32,000 nt of DNA, taken from assembly GCF_000011805.1 (NCBI RefSeq), contig NC_006841.2; one strand, given 5' to 3'. Source of the stretch: Aliivibrio fischeri ES114 (GTDB lineage: Bacteria; Pseudomonadota; Gammaproteobacteria; Enterobacterales; Vibrionaceae). The position numbers were made by a program, and so were the translations under genes. Positions 7,531 through 16,264 of the stretch are shown here, piece by piece. How positions within the stretch are numbered: position 1 is the first letter of the stretch; the number at the start of each line of letters is the position of its first letter. The notes beneath the pieces are model-generated. The model made no database searches. It worked only from the letters and a program-made list of their open reading frames with translations, and was not told where the DNA came from.

Positions 7531-9771
7531 GTGCTAGGTAAAATGAATAATATCGAAATGCCATACATTACAATACAGAGTCTATTACGTGAGTTTTCTA
7601 AAGCGTTAGGAACAAAAAAACTGGCAGCAAAAGAAATAGATAATGCATGTAAACAAGTAGAAATTAATCCTTATCAATTACAAAAGTTAAAGATGAAATT
7701 GATCCATGAGCCACTAAGTAAACACGTTAATGTTTACTTTGCTGATCATGTTTTAGGTCAGATAGACTCTGTATTTAAGCAATATTTATATATTGTTCAA
7801 ACAATAGAACTAGACGGCGTTAATGCAAAGAAAGCACAGAATTTAATTAATAATAATTATATATCAATGGTCGCGGCTTTCGTATGCACTGAAGTACTTG
7901 ATAGTTTACGCATAACACCTAAAGAGTTGGCTAATAATGGTCAAACAGCAATGCAAGCTGTGTTTGATAATTTTAAAGGGATAACAACTTGGCGTAAGCA
8001 TTTTGACAGTGCGACAAAAGAGCAAAAAGATAGATATCGAATGTGGTCTAAAGGAAAAAACGGTGAGTTGCCAGATATTGAAGGTATCGGTGCTATTGGT
8101 GACTTATGGAGTAATGATCGAGACTGGGGAGTAATAAAAGCAAGATTGGTAACTGCCCATATTTGGGATTACTTTTTTTATCGTTCAGGGTTATGTGATT
8201 TTACGATTATTGGGACGATGGATATTGAGCAACAGTGGAAAACTCTTGTTGAATCACTTCAATTATTACAAAGAAAAGAAAGTGAGCAGTATCGTATATC
8301 AACACCTACCGCGTTAGAGCTTTATGAATTGCTAAGACTAAGAAAGAGTAAATCAGAGGATGATAAAAATAAATGTCAGTTATTACTTGAGCGATTAAAG
8401 CAGTATCAAGATGAATTAGATCATAATCATGAAACAACATATTACTATCATTGGATGGAAGCTCGTTATCATCTTCATTGTGGTGAATTAAACCGGGCGT
8501 TAATAAGCTATAAGCTTGCCTATGAACAGTCAATTTACCGTGCTGGTGAAAACATTGGATGCATAATAAAAGAAGCTATTTTGGTTGCATCGCGTCTTCA
8601 AAAACCAGACAAAGCATTTATTAATAAATTACGAAGCATGGCTGCTGTTTTTGGGTTTGATATTTTACCTAATCTTCCAACGGATGATACAAAGAAAAAG
8701 CCAGAAGTTATAGAGGAGTGGGAGATCAGTGCTTACGCTCAATATTTTGAGCATTACTTTACAAAAGCTTCTTTTTTTCCTGAGGCGGAATACCCTAAAT
8801 TTTATGATATTCGCCACGGTGCTTGGCTGGTTAATGAGACTAAATATACAGTAAATGTAAACACACCAAATAAAATGCTTAAAGTTGGTGAGGCCGGACT
8901 CTTAGTTAAACGCATGCCGCAATTGGTTTATTTTGCGATGAATGACGATATAACAGCAGTAAACAAATTGATTGAAGCAGGGGCTAGTGTTAACAAACTC
9001 TCTGAATCGAATGAGAGTGTTTTATTAATGGCTGTACAAGCATTACAAGTAAATTTATGCCCATTAAACTCCATGCGTGATGATTTACTAAAAGTAATTA
9101 CTTCTAAACAGCATACAAAAGAAGCGGTAAACGCCATAACGACGAAACGAAAATTGACAGCATTAGGGTGTGCGGTTCAAACAGGTAGGCTTGATGTTGT
9201 TAAAGCAGTTATTGAATTAGGTGCAGAAATAGACCAGCGTCATGATGTGGGTGGAGAAACGCCATTATTCACATGTATAGGATTAATTACTCAACATAAA
9301 AGACCATGGATTCCTATAGCGCTTGCAGAAGTATATAAGTATAGTGATCAAAACCTTAATGCATATATGGCCTATTCAGCAGGTTTTGTTCCGCATGATA
9401 AAGAAGAGTTGAAGCAGGTTATTAAATCAAAAGAAGCGGATCCTATATTCTTAGAGTATAAAAATGTGGTTGGAAAATACATCAGTGAAAATATTAAAAA
9501 GCATACAAGTCTTGATGGATTTCGTGAAATTGCGAAATATTTAATAGAAAAAGGGGCAGATGTAAATGCTAGGCATGATACCGCATTACAGGGGTACACT
9601 CCATTAATGTTAGCGGCTGAACTGGACGAAGCAGAGCTTTTTTATCTGATGGCGAAAGCAAAAGGCAACATCAATGATTCATGTGTTAATCCAGAAAATA
9701 ATCGTCGAATGTCATGTCGTGAGATTGCTCGCTATTGGCGATCACAATCAGTGATTGCGTTATTTAGATAA
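7531..9771 (+). CDS. large ankyrin-repeat protein with an unknown, partly TPR-like helical N-terminal region
   Basis: The C-terminal ~290 aa contain at least four ANK-like repeats. Examples are LVYFAMNDDITAVNKLIEAGASVN, LTALGCAVQTGRLDVVKAVIELGAEIDQRHDVGGETPLF and GFREIAKYLIEKGADVNARHDTALQGYTPLMLAAELDEAELF. The N-terminal ~450 aa have no motif I recognise. The start is either the GTG at 7531 or the ATG at 7543. Confidence 0.75.
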   Translation: MLGKMNNIEMPYITIQSLLREFSKALGTKKLAAKEIDNACKQVEINPYQLQKLKMKLIHEPLSKHVNVYFADHVLGQIDSVFKQYLYIVQTIELDGVNAKKAQNLINNNYISMVAAFVCTEVLDSLRITPKELANNGQTAMQAVFDNFKGITTWRKHFDSATKEQKDRYRMWSKGKNGELPDIEGIGAIGDLWSNDRDWGVIKARLVTAHIWDYFFYRSGLCDFTIIGTMDIEQQWKTLVESLQLLQRKESEQYRISTPTALELYELLRLRKSKSEDDKNKCQLLLERLKQYQDELDHNHETTYYYHWMEARYHLHCGELNRALISYKLAYEQSIYRAGENIGCIIKEAILVASRLQKPDKAFINKLRSMAAVFGFDILPNLPTDDTKKKPEVIEEWEISAYAQYFEHYFTKASFFPEAEYPKFYDIRHGAWLVNETKYTVNVNTPNKMLKVGEAGLLVKRMPQLVYFAMNDDITAVNKLIEAGASVNKLSESNESVLLMAVQALQVNLCPLNSMRDDLLKVITSKQHTKEAVNAITTKRKLTALGCAVQTGRLDVVKAVIELGAEIDQRHDVGGETPLFTCIGLITQHKRPWIPIALAEVYKYSDQNLNAYMAYSAGFVPHDKEELKQVIKSKEADPIFLEYKNVVGKYISENIKKHTSLDGFREIAKYLIEKGADVNARHDTALQGYTPLMLAAELDEAELFYLMAKAKGNINDSCVNPENNRRMSCREIARYWRSQSVIALFR

Positions 9772-9830
9772 GATCTATTTGAATTTAATTGTATGGTTTC
9801 AGATTAATTCTAACCTTCCACCACTAAAAA

Positions 9831-9870
9831 CATAAAGCCCATATCGAAAGGTATGGGCTTTATGTTTTTT
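9831..9870 (+). terminator. rho-independent terminator
   Basis: A perfect 13-bp stem, cataaagcccata (9831-9843) with tatgggctttatg (9852-9864), has an 8-nt loop and is followed by tttttt. Confidence 0.8.
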
Positions 9871-10062
9871 AGCTTTAAAAAATGCCACTAAAGTTATTAA
9901 ATCGTAGATTACTTTAAAGTGAGAGTAACACTTGATTATACAATATGTTACAAACGCTCATTTATCTGATTTGAATGATGAATATCATTGTCCTTTCCTC
10001 AATTTTCTCATATCCTCTTAGAATTATTGTCATAAAAAACCTTACTGAAGGTAACACTAAAC

Positions 10063-10233
10063 ATGACAGACCAGATATTGACCTTGAAAGAGGTAGTAAC
10101 TTATTTAAAATTGGCTGAAAAAACAGCGTATAGATTAACTAGTGAAGGCAAGTTACCTGGATTTAAAGTAGGTGGATCATGGCGCTTTAAGCGTGAAGAT
10201 CTCGAAGCTTGGATAGAAGAGAGTAAAAAATGA
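10063..10233 (+). CDS. excisionase-family (MerR/AlpA-like) helix-turn-helix DNA-binding protein, 56 aa, not in the supplied ORF track
   Basis: The translation is MTDQILTLKEVVTYLKLAEKTAYRLTSEGKLPGFKVGGSWRFKREDLEAWIEESKK. This matches the typical excisionase-type HTH pattern (L-T-x-x-E-x-A-x-Y-L ... G-x-x-W-R-F). Its stop overlaps the hsdM start in an ATGA. Confidence 0.75.
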   Translation: MTDQILTLKEVVTYLKLAEKTAYRLTSEGKLPGFKVGGSWRFKREDLEAWIEESKK

Positions 10234-11711
10234 TTGAAAAACTAACGCTCTCCCAATTAGAGCAATACCTATCGAAAGCCGCGTGGATCTTAAAAGGTCC
10301 TGTTGATGCTTCAGATTTCAAAGTATACATATTTCCATTATTATTTTTTAAGCGAATTTCAGACGTTTATGATGAAGAATACCGTGTAGCATTAGAAGAA
10401 TCTGATGGTGATGAAGAATATGCTTCGATGCCAGAAATGCACCGTTTTGAGATTCCAACGGGCTGCCACTGGCGTGATGTGCGAGAAACGACCACAAGTG
10501 TAGGTATTACGATAGAAGATGCTCTTCGTGGTATTGAACAAGCTAACCAAGAATATTTATATGGTATTTTTGGTGATGCCCAGTGGAGTAACAAAAATAA
10601 GCTTTCAGATGAATTACTTATCAACTTGGTAGAGCACTTCTCGCAGTATACACTGGGTAATCAGAATGTAGAACCAGACATGCTTGGCAATGCCTACGAG
10701 TACTTAATTAAGCACTTTGCTGATTTAACAAATAAGAAAGCGGGGGAATTCTACACACCTCGTTCAGTAGTTCATTTACTGGGTATGATTTTAGACCCGC
10801 ATGAAGGCGAAACCATCTATGACCCTGCTTGTGGTACTGGCGGTATGTTGCTTGAGTGTGTCGATCATCTAAAAGACAACAAAGAAGATTACCGTACCCT
10901 AAAGCTATTTGGACAAGAGAAAAACCTAACCTCTAGTTCAATCGCTCGAATGAACATGTTCCTTCATGGCATTGAGGATTTTGAAATCTTACGTGGTGAC
11001 ACCTTACGTCACCCTGCATTCTTTGAAGCTGACGGCCTTAAGACTTTTGATTGTGTGATTGCTAATCCGCCGTTCTCTTTGAAAGACTGGGGATCAGAAA
11101 ACTGGGCTAACGATCCTTATGGTCGAAATATTGCTGGCGTGCCTCCTAAAGGTAATGGTGATATGGCTTGGGTGCAGCACATGGTTAAGTCTCTGAATAG
11201 CACTGGCCGTATGACAGTTGTACTTCCTCATGGGGCTCTATTTAGAAAAGCAGCCGAAGGTAAAATTCGTAAGCAATTGTTAGATCAAGACATGTTAGAA
11301 GCCGTGATAGGCTTAGGTCCTAACGTGTTTTATGGTACCCAGCTTGCTGCTTGTGTCATGGTGTTTAAACAAAACAAACCAGCCGATAAGAAAGGCAAGG
11401 TGATGTTTATTGATGCATCAGATCAAATTAGAGTCGGTCGAGCACAAAACTTCCTTGAGCCTAATCATGTTCAGCAGATTTACGATTGGTACCACAATTA
11501 TCAAGATGTAGAGAACTACGTCAAAGTTGCTTCTATGGATGAACTTGCTGAAAACGACTATAACCTCAACATTCCGCTGTATGTAGAAAAGATCATTGAA
11601 GATAACCTACCCTCAGTTGAAGAAGCAATGGCTGATTTGAAGCAAGCATGGCAAGCAAGCCTTGAAGCTGAAGAGAAGTTTAAGAGTGTCTTAAAAGGTT
11701 TTTTGAAATGA
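10230..11711 (+). CDS. hsdM: type I restriction-modification N6-adenine DNA methyltransferase subunit (HsdM paralogue 1)
   Basis: It has an HsdM N-terminal domain (YIFPLLFFKRISDVYDEE), the FYTPR motif, AdoMet motif I DPACGTGGML and catalytic motif IV NPPF. Confidence 0.93.
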   Translation: MIEKLTLSQLEQYLSKAAWILKGPVDASDFKVYIFPLLFFKRISDVYDEEYRVALEESDGDEEYASMPEMHRFEIPTGCHWRDVRETTTSVGITIEDALRGIEQANQEYLYGIFGDAQWSNKNKLSDELLINLVEHFSQYTLGNQNVEPDMLGNAYEYLIKHFADLTNKKAGEFYTPRSVVHLLGMILDPHEGETIYDPACGTGGMLLECVDHLKDNKEDYRTLKLFGQEKNLTSSSIARMNMFLHGIEDFEILRGDTLRHPAFFEADGLKTFDCVIANPPFSLKDWGSENWANDPYGRNIAGVPPKGNGDMAWVQHMVKSLNSTGRMTVVLPHGALFRKAAEGKIRKQLLDQDMLEAVIGLGPNVFYGTQLAACVMVFKQNKPADKKGKVMFIDASDQIRVGRAQNFLEPNHVQQIYDWYHNYQDVENYVKVASMDELAENDYNLNIPLYVEKIIEDNLPSVEEAMADLKQAWQASLEAEEKFKSVLKGFLK

Positions 11712-13579
11712 GAATGCCTTCAAGTTCAGCACAAGATAGACAAGTCTCTGTATGGTTCCAAAAAATTCAAAGCGGTGAGATAAAACTACCTCGTTTTCAG
11801 CGTCATCAAGCTTGGGATAAAAACCGAGTGTGTAGCCTACTAGATACAGTGACTAAAAACCTACCGCTAGGTGTAACCTTACTGCTCAATGTTGATAAAG
11901 AGCAGTTTGTTTCGCGCTATTTAGTTACCGCACCTGAAACTCAAGGTCGAGTGACTGAGCATCTATTAGATGGTCAGCAACGTCTTACAGCCTTATGGCG
12001 TGCCTTGCATAACAACTATGATGGCATCTCATATTTTCTTTATATCGATACTTATAATGAAGCTAAAGATGAGAGTGAGAAAACACATGAATCACAAGTT
12101 TGGTATTGGTCACGCTGGACAAACAAAAGTGGTAAAACAATGCCTTTGTGGGTCGATGTACCAAGTGAATGCTTGAAGCGTGGTGTTATTCCTATGCATC
12201 TTTTCCGTCCAGGGGATATTGCGAGTGAAATAGATGCTTGGGTAGATAAAGCATTGAAGACATCTAAACCGTCATCTTATATGGAGAGCTTTGAAACTCT
12301 GTTAATGGAGTGGATGAATAAAAAAGCTAAGCTAAAAGATTACATTCGAGATGTTCGAGAAACGATCACGCACTTTAATTTGCCTTACTTGGCATTGCCA
12401 TCTCAAACAACGAAAGAAACGGCTCTGCAAGTATTCATCAATATGAACACGAATAGTAAACCTCTTTCACAGTACGACATTATTCGTGCAGAGATTGAGG
12501 GGGTTAAAGACGTTTCACTAGATGACTATCAACATGAGTTAGATAAAAAATACCCAGCAATTCAGCACTATTTTGAGTTGCCGTTCCTAATACTTGCTAC
12601 TTCAGCTTTGATGCAAGGTAAGTTGCCAAATCAACGTGGCATGTGGGACATGAGCAAGGAGAGTATGGTAGATAACTGGGAAAAAATGGCTTTAGGACTG
12701 TCTAAAATGGCAGCTTTCATGGAAAGCCAGTCTATTTACGATAGAAGCAGATTACCTACAAACGCGGTATTGGCCGTAATTGCCGCGCTATATGTAGATA
12801 TCCCTGAAAATTTAGACTCCAGAGGTAATTTTGAAATATTACTTAAAAAGTACCTTTGGTCTAGCTTCTTCACCGACCGCTATGAAAACTCGGCTGCTTC
12901 ACATGCGTTTAATGACTTTGTTGCCTTGAAAGGCATTATTAATGGTGAGTGTAAATCTGATGGTTCCCCGTTTACAGAAAGGGATGTACCAGTACTGAAT
13001 CGCGAACTATATCCGCTATCAACGGATGATGAACTTAAACGTGTTGGTTGGCCTAAACGTGAAAATATCAGAGGCCGAGGAATAATGGCTGTATTCAGTA
13101 AGCTAGGAGCTCAGGATTTTGCTGATGGCTCGCAATTGAATCGACAGCAGCTTATTGACGGCCGTAGACACTATCATCATGTATTCCCTGATGCCTTATT
13201 AAAAGATGTAGGGGCGGAGAGTTACTTTGCACTTAACTGTGCATTGATTACAGATAAAACGAACCTGAACATTAGCAATAAAGACCCGATGAACTACCTT
13301 AAAGATCGTTATAACTGGACTAGTGAAGATATCGTAAATACTCGCTTACAATCTCATCTAATTCCTTTAGAGGAGTTAAAGTGTGGTGACTATGAAGGTT
13401 TATCTGGAGAAGATAAAGTAATCAAAGTAACGCAAGACTTTGCGCAATTTATCGCTAAACGTGCTGCGTATGTGGCAAAAGCCGTTGAAATTCTCGCGCA
13501 GGGCAGAGATATCATTGCCTCTGAAATTATTAATAGTGTAGAGCAGCAATTAGCACTTGAAGAGGAGGTGTCGGCATGA
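11708..13579 (+). CDS. DUF262 (ParB-like NTPase) plus DUF1524 (HNH-like) protein, GmrSD/SspE/BrxU-like type IV restriction candidate
   Basis: The N-terminus has LPRFQRHQAW and LLDGQQRLTAL, the DUF262 hallmarks. The C-terminus has RRHYHHVFPDALL ... NCALITDKTNLNISNKDP, a DUF1524-type His-Me finger pattern. ATGA overlaps occur at both ends. Confidence 0.85.
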   Translation: MRMPSSSAQDRQVSVWFQKIQSGEIKLPRFQRHQAWDKNRVCSLLDTVTKNLPLGVTLLLNVDKEQFVSRYLVTAPETQGRVTEHLLDGQQRLTALWRALHNNYDGISYFLYIDTYNEAKDESEKTHESQVWYWSRWTNKSGKTMPLWVDVPSECLKRGVIPMHLFRPGDIASEIDAWVDKALKTSKPSSYMESFETLLMEWMNKKAKLKDYIRDVRETITHFNLPYLALPSQTTKETALQVFINMNTNSKPLSQYDIIRAEIEGVKDVSLDDYQHELDKKYPAIQHYFELPFLILATSALMQGKLPNQRGMWDMSKESMVDNWEKMALGLSKMAAFMESQSIYDRSRLPTNAVLAVIAALYVDIPENLDSRGNFEILLKKYLWSSFFTDRYENSAASHAFNDFVALKGIINGECKSDGSPFTERDVPVLNRELYPLSTDDELKRVGWPKRENIRGRGIMAVFSKLGAQDFADGSQLNRQQLIDGRRHYHHVFPDALLKDVGAESYFALNCALITDKTNLNISNKDPMNYLKDRYNWTSEDIVNTRLQSHLIPLEELKCGDYEGLSGEDKVIKVTQDFAQFIAKRAAYVAKAVEILAQGRDIIASEIINSVEQQLALEEEVSA

Positions 13580-15042
13580 TGACCCAACAAGAATTAGAAA
13601 AATACCTTTGGGGCGCAGCGACCACATTACGCGGCACCATTGATGCGGGTGATTACAAACAATACATCTTCCCATTGATGTTCTTTAAACGTATCTGTGA
13701 TGTATACGATGAAGAATTCGAAAATGCGCTAGCGGAAAGTGATGGTGATTTAGAATACGCCGCCTTTGCTGAAAACCATCATTTTCAAGTGCCAAAAGGT
13801 GCTCACTGGAACGATGTGCGTGAAACCACCACCAACATTGGTCTAGCGCTACAAAATGCTATGCGTGCGATTGAGAAGGCTAACCCCGACACCTTAGAAG
13901 GTATCTTTGGTGATGCAAGCTGGACTAATAAAGAGCGTCTGTCTGATGCCATGCTCACTAACCTAATTGAGCATTATTCCGAGCAAACATTGAATCTCAA
14001 AAACGTACCGGACGACAAATTAGGTAACGCTTACGAGTACTTGATCAAAGAGTTTGCTGACGATAGCGGCCATACCGCAGCAGAGTTTTACACCAACCGT
14101 ACCGTGGTTAAATTAATGACCATGATCATGGCCCCACAACCGGGTGAGTCAGTATATGACCCTACCTGTGGCTCTGGTGGTTTATTACTTAACTGTGCTT
14201 TGCACCTTAAAGATGAGGGCAAAGAATACCGCACACTTAAATTATACGGTCAAGAGATTAATCTATTAACCTCAGCGATTGCACGAATGAACATGTTTAT
14301 GCATGGCATAGAAGAGTTTGACATTGTTCGTGGCAATACACTCTCTAACCCAGGTCTACTTGAAAACGATGAACTAAAAAAATTCAACGTTATTCTCGCA
14401 AACCCGCCATACTCGATTAAATCATGGGACCGCAAAGCATTTGAAAGTGATCCCTATGGCCGAAATGTATGGGGCACACCACCACAAGGTTGTGCTGATT
14501 ACGCCTTTCAACAACACATTCAAAAAAGCCTTGATTTAGGCAATGGTCGTTCAATTTCACTTTGGCCACACGGTATTTTGTTCCGTGATGCTGAAACAGC
14601 AATGCGTAGAAAAATGATTGAGCAAGACCAAGTTGAATGTGTCATTGGCCTTGGCCCAAACCTGTTCTATAACTCGCCTATGGAAGCTTGTTTGTTGATT
14701 ACCAAAACAAACAAAATCGAGAGTAAAAAAGATAAAATCCTTTTTATTAATGCCGTTAAAGAAGTAAGACAAGATAAAAACATTGGCTACCTAGACCAAG
14801 TTCATATCGATAAAATATTTAATGCTTACAATAAATTTGAAAATGAAGATAGCTTTGCTGTGTTAGTTGATAAACAAGAGGTATTAGATAAAAAAGCAAA
14901 TATGGCAATTAACCTCTATATTCGTCCTGACTCTTTAGTCAGTAGCGAAGAAGCTTGTTTTGCAACAGCATATCAAGAGTGGCAACAATCATCAGGTGAC
15001 CTAAAACAGTCAATGGAAAAGTTATTTAAGGAGCTAGTGTAA
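13576..15042 (+). CDS. hsdM: type I restriction-modification DNA methyltransferase subunit (HsdM paralogue 2)
   Basis: It is collinear with paralogue 1 and roughly half the residues are identical by eye. Motifs are YIFPLMFFKRICDVYDEE, DPTCGSGGLL and NPPY. It reads FYTNR where paralogue 1 has FYTPR. Confidence 0.93.
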   Translation: MMTQQELEKYLWGAATTLRGTIDAGDYKQYIFPLMFFKRICDVYDEEFENALAESDGDLEYAAFAENHHFQVPKGAHWNDVRETTTNIGLALQNAMRAIEKANPDTLEGIFGDASWTNKERLSDAMLTNLIEHYSEQTLNLKNVPDDKLGNAYEYLIKEFADDSGHTAAEFYTNRTVVKLMTMIMAPQPGESVYDPTCGSGGLLLNCALHLKDEGKEYRTLKLYGQEINLLTSAIARMNMFMHGIEEFDIVRGNTLSNPGLLENDELKKFNVILANPPYSIKSWDRKAFESDPYGRNVWGTPPQGCADYAFQQHIQKSLDLGNGRSISLWPHGILFRDAETAMRRKMIEQDQVECVIGLGPNLFYNSPMEACLLITKTNKIESKKDKILFINAVKEVRQDKNIGYLDQVHIDKIFNAYNKFENEDSFAVLVDKQEVLDKKANMAINLYIRPDSLVSSEEACFATAYQEWQQSSGDLKQSMEKLFKELV

Positions 15043-16262
15043 TGTTAGACATGGAAGCGGTTAAAAACTTTTCTATCGATAAATCAGACTGGAAAAAAGT
15101 AAAGTTTGGTGACGTTGTATTTGAGCCTAAAGAATCAGTTAAAGATCCTGTTTCTGAAGGTATTGAGCATGTTGTTGGTTTAGAGCATATCGAAAGTGGA
15201 GATATGTATTTACGCCGCTCAGCAAGTATTGAAGGTAGTACCACGTTCACTAAAAAATTCGTTAAAGGTGATGTTTTATTTGGTCGCCGAAGAGCATATT
15301 TGAAGAAGGCAGCTAAAGCTAAATTTTCAGGAATTTGTTCGGGTGATATTACTGTCATGCGAGCAAGAGATGAGTTGCTTCTTCCTGACTTAGTGCCATT
15401 TATTGTGAACAACGAAAAGTTTTTTGATTACGCAATTACTCATTCAGCTGGTGGTTTATCACCAAGAGTTAAATTCAAAGATTTAGCAAATTTTGAGTTC
15501 TTTATTCCAAGTAAAACAGATCAAAAAAAGCTGCTTTCACTCTTGGAAGGTTTAGATGAATCCTTACAAAATGAATTGATTCTAAAACAAAAACTCGTCT
15601 CTAATTTAGAAGCTCAAATTGAACATCAAATACATGGTGAGCATTTAGATGGTAAGACTATTAATCAAGTAATTAAGAGCTTATCTAGCAAGAAGAAAAT
15701 CATAAAGTTAAAAGGGTTGGGCGAGATCATAAAAGGGAAGGGGATCGCTAAATCAGAAGTTGTCGAGAGCGGAATACCTTGTGTCAGATATGGTGAGCTT
15801 TATACAAAGCACCACCGAATGATTCGAAAATTTCATTCTTATATTTCCTTAAAATCATCTGAAAAATCCGTAAAGCTTAGGGTTAATGATGTTTTGTTTG
15901 CAGGTTCTGGAGAAACTATATCTGAGATTGGTAAATCAGCTGCTTTTACAGAAAGTGTTGATGCATATGCAGGGAGTGATATTTTAATTTTTCGCCCTAA
16001 AGACATGGATGGCTCTTACTTAGGATATTTGATGAATTCACTGCTAGTGAGGCATCAATTGAATAAATTAGGAACTGGAGCAACAGTTATGCATGTATAC
16101 GGTTCAGATATACAAAAGATTGTTGTTCCATATAGAGATAAAGATGAACAGGTCCAAATAGCAAATTGTTTAGAAGAGATAGCTAGCAATATAAGGCTGT
16201 TAGATAGAAAGATTCATAAAACTAAAGAATTATTAGCTGTATTACTTAGCAAGGTGTTTTAG
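15042..16262 (+). CDS. hsdS: type I restriction-modification specificity subunit HsdS
   Basis: Two variable target-recognition halves are separated by a central helical conserved region (LLSLLEGLDESLQNELILKQKLVSNLEAQIE). A C-terminal helical region follows (IANCLEEIASNIRLLDRKIHKTKELL). It shares a 1-nt TAATG overlap with hsdM. Confidence 0.88.
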   Translation: MLDMEAVKNFSIDKSDWKKVKFGDVVFEPKESVKDPVSEGIEHVVGLEHIESGDMYLRRSASIEGSTTFTKKFVKGDVLFGRRRAYLKKAAKAKFSGICSGDITVMRARDELLLPDLVPFIVNNEKFFDYAITHSAGGLSPRVKFKDLANFEFFIPSKTDQKKLLSLLEGLDESLQNELILKQKLVSNLEAQIEHQIHGEHLDGKTINQVIKSLSSKKKIIKLKGLGEIIKGKGIAKSEVVESGIPCVRYGELYTKHHRMIRKFHSYISLKSSEKSVKLRVNDVLFAGSGETISEIGKSAAFTESVDAYAGSDILIFRPKDMDGSYLGYLMNSLLVRHQLNKLGTGATVMHVYGSDIQKIVVPYRDKDEQVQIANCLEEIASNIRLLDRKIHKTKELLAVLLSKVF

Positions 16263-16264
16263 GT

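Noticed and set aside
11970-12176. 68-aa plus-strand ORF inside the DUF262 gene.
   Set aside because: It is an out-of-frame overlap with a gene whose own frame carries the DGQQRLTAL motif in this very region. There is no independent support for it.
15026-15412. 128-aa minus-strand ORF, together with the similar antisense ORFs at 17140-17478, 19596-19970, 28566-28946, 29728-30087 and 31006-31332.
   Set aside because: Each lies entirely inside a longer ORF with clear domain motifs on the opposite strand. They have low-complexity or Ser/Leu-rich shadow-frame composition and no ribosome-binding site, so I treat them as antisense shadows.
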